64,000 nt of DNA, from NCBI GenBank assembly GCA_964445355.1, contig CAYUKQ010000002.1:1590-65589 (forward strand), read 5' to 3'. Position 1 is the first letter of the stretch; each line of letters starts with the position of its first letter. The notes under the pieces were generated by a model that saw nothing but the letters and a program-made list of their open reading frames with translations, ran no database searches and was not told the DNA's origin. Of the stretch, positions 59,458 to 64,000 are shown piece by piece. The stretch comes from an uncultured Gammaproteobacteria bacterium (GTDB lineage: Bacteria; Patescibacteriota; Microgenomatia; CAYQLK01). Position numbers and translations under genes: made by a program.

Positions 59458-59600
59458 TCTTCTTTCTTCTTGCAATTGGTGTATCAAAATATCCCCTAGT
59501 ATTTGCATTTTTTCCTAATCAAGCTTAGAATCTGCATCAAATGAGCTCTGTAGTGATATCTCATAGAGCACGTTAACAACACTTACCGTGGAGTTCGTAA

Positions 59601-61364
59601 TTGTACAAGTTGCTAGGCAGTCTTGCCCTGAGTTTAGTCATCCTCATTTTGCCATCTCCATCATCAAACCAAGAGCGCTCCGGATCATCTTCTTTGATTT
59701 TTCTCGCCACTGACCAGGGACTTTTTAGTGCACACGAAAAAGATCAGAGTTTTAGCCGAATACCAAAATTCCAAAACATCAGTTTTCTGGAATCCAATCT
59801 GGAAAACCAGGCAGTCTTTCTGATCCATCAACCCGTGCCCGGCAGTATCGCTAATATTGCCGAGATCACCTACGATTTCGGAAAGAATTGGCTAACCGTC
59901 GACCCTGCCAAAACCGGGCTAACCAAGCCTGACGGGGCAAAAGTAACCAGTTTTGGTTACTTTACTGTTACCGACTCCAAAACATATGTTGCCGGAATCG
60001 GCTACGGACGCGTCGCTATCAAACTCACTTCCGAAAAAAACTGGAGACTACTCGATCTACAAGCCAACTCTGACAACTACCAAGTGATCGGAGAATGGCT
60101 CTATCTGCTTTCGCCAAAAGGTTACGAGAACCAGCTGGTTCGCTGTTCGCTCGTCACATTCCAATTGGAGGTTTTAACCAATCCCGAAAGCCCGAACTCT
60201 CGATTCGCAGGATTCGAGCTTGTCGGTGTGGTCGATCACCAGTTGCTGTTAAGTACTTCAGGATCCGATGGTCTCAGGTTATTTGATCCCGAAAACCAAA
60301 TCTTTTCAGCACGCCTTAGTGGTAATTTCGACCGGATTTATGCGTCTGCAAAGGGGGTTGCTACCCAAAATACTCAAAACTACGAAGTTGCTGTCTGGGG
60401 AAGCTCGCTGGAAAAAGTTGCTAGCTATCTAGCCGAAAGCAACGAGGTGCTTGGTTACAGTCTGCAAAACGACTGTTTATACCAATTAAGCCTCGATCTG
60501 CTGAGATGCTTACCTGCCGGTCGTTCAATCTCTTTGCCGATCTCGCTCACACGTTCCGAATTTGCCTTCGCCGGCCTTGCTGTGGTCTACCCACCGCACG
60601 CAGTGGATCACCAAGGGGCAGAACCGGTTTTGTTTGTCTCCGGACTGGGTGGAGGAGCGCTTGGTGACCTTTACTGGGAAGGCAAGCACAAGGATTTGAT
60701 ACCACTGACAACCGTTTCAGGTCATAACTTTATGCTAAGCCGATCCACCTGGACCACGGGGCAGTTGGGGTACTTCTTGACTTTCGACTTCGTGCTCAGT
60801 CACGATATCTGTTCAATCGCCGAAGTGGTTGGACGGTCAGTTGACTACATCAGACTTAGGTCTGGTGTAGAAAAAATCGATTTGATCGGCTATTCGATGG
60901 GAGGTCTACTGGCTCGTTGTTTTGTGGAGGATTTGGTTCCTTTGTACAGATACGACGACTCGGTTGATGATCTCCTGCTTATCGCCACTCCGAACAACGG
61001 TTCCTTTGCGGCCGGCTTGGCTGGACCTCTGCTCGGCTTCATCGACCTTTATAAGGGTTTGCAGGCCAGCTGGCTAACTCCATATAGTCCGCAGATCCAC
61101 CACATCAACTCAAAGCCAATTCCGTTTGGTGTTTCAGTCACGGTAATCTATGGCACCGGTTTCTGGTTGCCACTCTATGAGGGAAACGACGGACTAGTGT
61201 CTTACTTCGATGCGAGACTTGACCCGTCGGTCAAGGCCTCTGTTCGATACATAGAACTGCCTGAAGCGGTTCATTCTCGATCACACGACCATCTGGAGAA
61301 GCATTATCCGATCCTGGAGGATAAACTATTCTTGTTTGATCAAATCAAACTAATGGGGAAGTGA
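59601..61364 (+). CDS. Secreted two-domain protein: N-terminal domain of unknown fold plus C-terminal alpha/beta-hydrolase (lipase/esterase-like)
   Basis: TTG start 7 nt after GGAG. Signal peptide. C-terminal 'VLFVSGLGGG' oxyanion region and 'GYSMGG' GXSXG nucleophile elbow. About 52% GC. Confidence 0.6.
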   Translation: MYKLLGSLALSLVILILPSPSSNQERSGSSSLIFLATDQGLFSAHEKDQSFSRIPKFQNISFLESNLENQAVFLIHQPVPGSIANIAEITYDFGKNWLTVDPAKTGLTKPDGAKVTSFGYFTVTDSKTYVAGIGYGRVAIKLTSEKNWRLLDLQANSDNYQVIGEWLYLLSPKGYENQLVRCSLVTFQLEVLTNPESPNSRFAGFELVGVVDHQLLLSTSGSDGLRLFDPENQIFSARLSGNFDRIYASAKGVATQNTQNYEVAVWGSSLEKVASYLAESNEVLGYSLQNDCLYQLSLDLLRCLPAGRSISLPISLTRSEFAFAGLAVVYPPHAVDHQGAEPVLFVSGLGGGALGDLYWEGKHKDLIPLTTVSGHNFMLSRSTWTTGQLGYFLTFDFVLSHDICSIAEVVGRSVDYIRLRSGVEKIDLIGYSMGGLLARCFVEDLVPLYRYDDSVDDLLLIATPNNGSFAAGLAGPLLGFIDLYKGLQASWLTPYSPQIHHINSKPIPFGVSVTVIYGTGFWLPLYEGNDGLVSYFDARLDPSVKASVRYIELPEAVHSRSHDHLEKHYPILEDKLFLFDQIKLMGK

Positions 61365-61386
61365 AATCACTACCAAAAGCTCTTTA

Positions 61387-61417
61387 GCCCCGCATACTTA
61401 CTTGCGGGGCATTTTTT
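61387..61417 (+). terminator. Rho-independent terminator
   Basis: GCCCCGCA-tacttact-TGCGGGGC followed by ATTTTTT. Confidence 0.7.
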
Positions 61418-61451
61418 AATTTAAAATGTCGTCTATAAAAGACTTATAGTA

Positions 61452-61480
61452 TTTACATATATCATAAAAAATGATAAAAT
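61452..61480 (+). promoter_or_regulatory. Near-consensus sigma70 promoter (TTTACA-17-TAAAAT)
   Basis: Hexamers at 61452-61457 and 61475-61480, sitting in an AT-rich stretch upstream of a GC-rich small ORF. Confidence 0.45.
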
Positions 61481-61599
61481 TGCTGGTAACAGGTTACAGC
61501 TTCTTCTATCCGTTCAGGCTGGAGACCTTAAGTCAAGTGGCACCTTAACCACTCTCAGAACCAACAACCCTAATCACTTAGAAAAAGCGAGGAGACATT

Positions 61600-61758
61600 T
61601 TGACCCCCGAGCGCAAGAAAGCCCTCAAACGCGGATCGATCAAGTACGGCAAGAAATACGCCCGCCAGTCATGGCGAACCTCAGGACTGCTTACCCAGCT
61701 GATCCAACGGATCGCCTACGCCCTGGCCGGATTCGGCCGCTCGACCCCTCCGCAGTAA
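61600..61758 (+). CDS. Candidate 52-aa basic small protein (TTG start, not in ORF track)
   Basis: GAGGAG lies 5 nt upstream of TTG. The product is (M)TPERKKALKRGSIKYGKKYARQSWRTSGLLTQLIQRIAYALAGFGRSTPPQ. Codons are strongly GC3-biased, unlike host genes. Confidence 0.35.
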   Translation: MTPERKKALKRGSIKYGKKYARQSWRTSGLLTQLIQRIAYALAGFGRSTPPQ

Positions 61759-61792
61759 TGCGGGAATTATTTCACGGAGTGTTTTCACAACC

Positions 61793-63187
61793 ATGTTCAG
61801 CTTCGCTGATGGGTGGCAAAACCACCTTAAAAGACTTCTGATCTTTGGAGTAATGCTGCTGGCAGCATTTATGCCGCTAACAGCCAATGCTCAAAGCCCA
61901 ACAGTCGATCCGTCTGTGTGGCGCTTTGTCACACATCAGGAGCGTCTGTATATCGCCTCAGGCAGTCAGGAGTTCGTTACGGAAGTCGACACTAGTCAAC
62001 TTCCGTCCAAACTCTTTCTCCGGCCTCAGCTGGATGAAAAAGGCAACATTTACCTTCTGTCTGCCTCGTCGTCAAGTTCTGCGCTCTCGCTATACTACAG
62101 CCGGACCGAAAACGGCAAAAGTCGCTGGTACGAACTAAGTGCCAAGAGTCTCGGACTCTCGTCCGGCTCCGGCATTTACGACTACTCTGTCAGCAAGCAG
62201 GGCACACTCACGATTCTGGGGCAGACTGGTGAAGTCATAACCGGCCAGGCTGGTGTCGACCAATCATATAAGCTTCAGCAGTCGGATCTACCGCCACGGG
62301 TCAGCTTCACCAAGTTCGTCAGCAACGTTGGTCAGACAGCAATTGCTACTACGCAAGGGCTGGTCAGTCTGTTTGGTGACAACGGCAAGCTGAACAAGTC
62401 CAGCTACTTAAAGGCTGGAATCGGGGAGCATGAATCAATTTCGGCACTTGGTCCTGCGCTGTATGTGTACCCCGGGCCACGCAATCCGCAAGCCGAAGAT
62501 CGCAAAGCAGTTACCTACGTCCACCAGTTCGCCGACAATAGTCTGTCGAAGATCACACTCGACAGTCCGATCGTCGACATGATGCTCGTCGGTGATTATG
62601 ATTACCATCTCGTCTTGACTGAGCAAAAGGTCTGGATGTTTTCGAGGTCAACCTCTCAGGCATTCGGTCAGCTGGTCGACGTTACTGCCAAATTCGGGCA
62701 ACCGCCCGTTAAGGCGATCACGAGCTATAACAGAGGCAAGGATAACGTTTTTTACGTATCTGCCGGTGACAAAGTCAGCAGGTATGTGATCAACAGTCCC
62801 ACCGACATTACCTCCACCGCGCTCAAGCTACTTGCTCCGACCTACAAGATCGCCTCATCAGTCTCTGGTGTGGGCACTAGCGGGGCACTTGCGCCTACGC
62901 CGCAGAACCCGAATGAGGTTGTCCCTTCTCAGCCGGGACAGTCTCAAGGTGTATCTACCAATCAGTCGGGTACAATCATCCAAACAACGGTGGTTGAACA
63001 GCCAGTAGCAGGGGATCAATCAAATAAGTCGTTTTGGTCGCCGGCGGTGATCATCTCGATCGTTGTGATCGTCCTCGCGCTGGTTTTGTTTATCGTTCTT
63101 GCTCGTTTGATCTTTTCTCGGGCAAAGAATCGCTTCCCGCCAGCCGGCACGACGATGCATCCGCCACACGGTCGTCGTCTGCCGTAG
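61793..63187 (+). CDS. Cell-surface protein: signal peptide, about 400-aa ectodomain, C-terminal TM anchor with short basic tail
   Basis: '...LLAAFMPLTANA/QSP' signal peptide; C-terminal 'AVIISIVVIVLALVLFIVLARLIF' helix. About 52% GC. Confidence 0.5.
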   Translation: MFSFADGWQNHLKRLLIFGVMLLAAFMPLTANAQSPTVDPSVWRFVTHQERLYIASGSQEFVTEVDTSQLPSKLFLRPQLDEKGNIYLLSASSSSSALSLYYSRTENGKSRWYELSAKSLGLSSGSGIYDYSVSKQGTLTILGQTGEVITGQAGVDQSYKLQQSDLPPRVSFTKFVSNVGQTAIATTQGLVSLFGDNGKLNKSSYLKAGIGEHESISALGPALYVYPGPRNPQAEDRKAVTYVHQFADNSLSKITLDSPIVDMMLVGDYDYHLVLTEQKVWMFSRSTSQAFGQLVDVTAKFGQPPVKAITSYNRGKDNVFYVSAGDKVSRYVINSPTDITSTALKLLAPTYKIASSVSGVGTSGALAPTPQNPNEVVPSQPGQSQGVSTNQSGTIIQTTVVEQPVAGDQSNKSFWSPAVIISIVVIVLALVLFIVLARLIFSRAKNRFPPAGTTMHPPHGRRLP

Positions 63188-63212
63188 AAAAGTGTCACGT
63201 TTCATATCTCTC

Positions 63213-63247
63213 GACCCAGTCTTTCTTTTAAGACTGGGTCTTTTTTA
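63213..63247 (+). terminator. Rho-independent terminator (10-bp perfect stem)
   Basis: GACCCAGTCT-ttctttta-AGACTGGGTC followed by TTTTTT. Confidence 0.75.
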
Positions 63248-63267
63248 ATTTTTACCCGACACGAACT

Positions 63268-63276
63268 TGGTATAAT
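63268..63276 (+). promoter_or_regulatory. Extended -10 promoter element (TGgTATAAT) upstream of htpX
   Basis: TG at 63268-63269 and TATAAT at 63271-63276. The ATG is at 63305. Confidence 0.35.
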
Positions 63277-63304
63277 CAAAGCCCTGTAAATAAAAACATT
63301 GAAC

Positions 63305-64000
63305 ATGAAATTCGAGAGCGAAAGAACAATCTATTCCCAAATTGGCATCAACCGCCTCAAAACAGCGGTATTAATGATACTTTTTACCGTGTTTATTACG
63401 ATCATGGTATATATTTTCACTCAAGCACTTGGTTATCAGTCGTCATCCGGTCTGTTGTTTGTTGGTGTCGCTTTGATTATCACAGGGGTTATGAACTATT
63501 TGGCTTACTTTAACTCCGACAAGATGGTGATGAAGATCGCCGGAGCACAAATTGTTGACGCAAAATCTCACCCTCAATTATTCAAATTAGTTGAAAACCT
63601 GTCTATTGGTTCAGGATTACCAATGCCAAAAACTTATCTCATTCCGGACGATGCTCCCAACGCCTTCGCGACCGGACGTGATCCCAAACATGCTTCAATA
63701 GCCGTAACAACCGGCCTGCTGGATATTATGAGTAAAACAGAGCTGGAAGGTGTGCTTGCACACGAACTTAGTCATATTGGTAACTACGACACTAGATTAA
63801 TGACGGTTGTGGTCATTTTGGTAGGTGTTGTGGCTATGCTGGCGGACTTTTTCAGTCATTTTATGTTCTTTGGTGGTAGTAATAATGATGATCGCGAATC
63901 TCGTAATGGATTATTTTTGATCCTGGGTATCCTTGCTGCCATTCTTGCTCCGATTGCAGCCCAGCTGATTCAATTGGCTGTTTCACGCAAGCGAGAATAT
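63305..64000 (+). CDS. htpX: M48 zinc metalloprotease HtpX (3'-truncated at window end)
   Basis: Two N-terminal TM helices and the 'VLAHELSHIGNYD' HExxH motif. The ORF is still open at position 64000. Confidence 0.8.
   Translation, partial: MKFESERTIYSQIGINRLKTAVLMILFTVFITIMVYIFTQALGYQSSSGLLFVGVALIITGVMNYLAYFNSDKMVMKIAGAQIVDAKSHPQLFKLVENLSIGSGLPMPKTYLIPDDAPNAFATGRDPKHASIAVTTGLLDIMSKTELEGVLAHELSHIGNYDTRLMTVVVILVGVVAMLADFFSHFMFFGGSNNDDRESRNGLFLILGILAAILAPIAAQLIQLAVSRKREY

Noticed and set aside
61681-61887. 68-aa minus-strand ORF
   Set aside because: It is antisense to the GAGGAG-preceded small ORF and to the 5' end of the surface-protein gene. It has no Shine-Dalgarno and is the kind of antisense ORF that GC3-rich coding produces.
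1-64000. CRISPR arrays, transposase/integrase genes, rRNA genes, reverse transcriptase/retron or DGR elements
   Set aside because: I looked for periodic direct repeats and for RT, integrase or transposase motifs in all long ORFs and found none. The only phased repeats are the 10-bp mraZ operator array and a short ATTTCAATC duplication at 50400-50420.
1-64000. Alternative genetic code (UGA recoding, as in some CPR lineages)
   Set aside because: All conserved genes (ftsZ, pyrG, ileS, the mur genes) are intact full-length ORFs under the standard code, most with TAA stops. Nothing suggests stop-codon reassignment.

Overview
The window is one AT-rich, small-genome bacterial contig that looks like Patescibacteria/CPR; that placement is an inference from gene content and is low confidence. 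It holds 51 protein-coding genes and 3 tRNAs, almost all tightly packed on the + strand under the standard genetic code. The content falls into four blocks with different base composition.

1. 1-22582: an uninterrupted, co-directional operon of 20 glycan-assembly genes that runs in from upstream of the window. It contains 6 GT4 and 4 GT2 glycosyltransferases. It also has 6 multi-pass GT-C-type glycosyltransferases (YfhO-like, four PMT_2/ArnT-like, one PIG-V/Gpi18-like) and an O-antigen-ligase/Wzy-like protein. A membrane-anchored hexapeptide acetyltransferase, a ManC-like guanylyltransferase and a PglC-type priming phosphotransferase complete the glycan set. It is closed by a DUF4012-like exported protein. 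I see no Wzx flippase or ABC exporter. GC is about 30%, against about 40% for the housekeeping genes. The gene set fits a polyprenyl-phosphate-mannose-dependent system that glycosylates targets outside the cytoplasm.

2. 24544-49776: housekeeping genes. These are recO, a glycyl-tRNA synthetase, then a dcw cluster in the order mraZ-rsmH-ftsL-ftsI-murE-murB-murF-mraY-murD-ftsW-murG-ftsQ-ftsA-ftsZ. The mraZ promoter carries an array of 10-bp direct repeats. After the dcw cluster come pyrG, ileS, a second SEDS gene, rplU-rpmA, an orphan parB, a convergent lepB, and a second small glycosylation module (GT2 + Wzy-like + PIG-V-like).

3. 53586-56276: a minus-strand block in which three tRNAs (Asp-GUC, Gly-CCC, Thr-CGU) alternate with three envelope-protein genes (LysM, C39-like, Ig-like).

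4. 56372-63250: GC-richer insertions. The first is a self-contained cassette: palindromic operator, promoter, a Zn-ribbon ORF of unknown function, and a terminator. Beyond it, after a PolX polymerase gene and lemA, is an island at about 50-55% GC. It carries a secreted lipase-like protein, a strongly expressed-looking 52-aa basic mini-protein and a surface-anchored protein, inserted between lemA and htpX.

No CRISPR array, transposase, integrase or rRNA was seen. All coordinates were counted by hand from the printed sequence. Family assignments rest on motif recognition without database searches.
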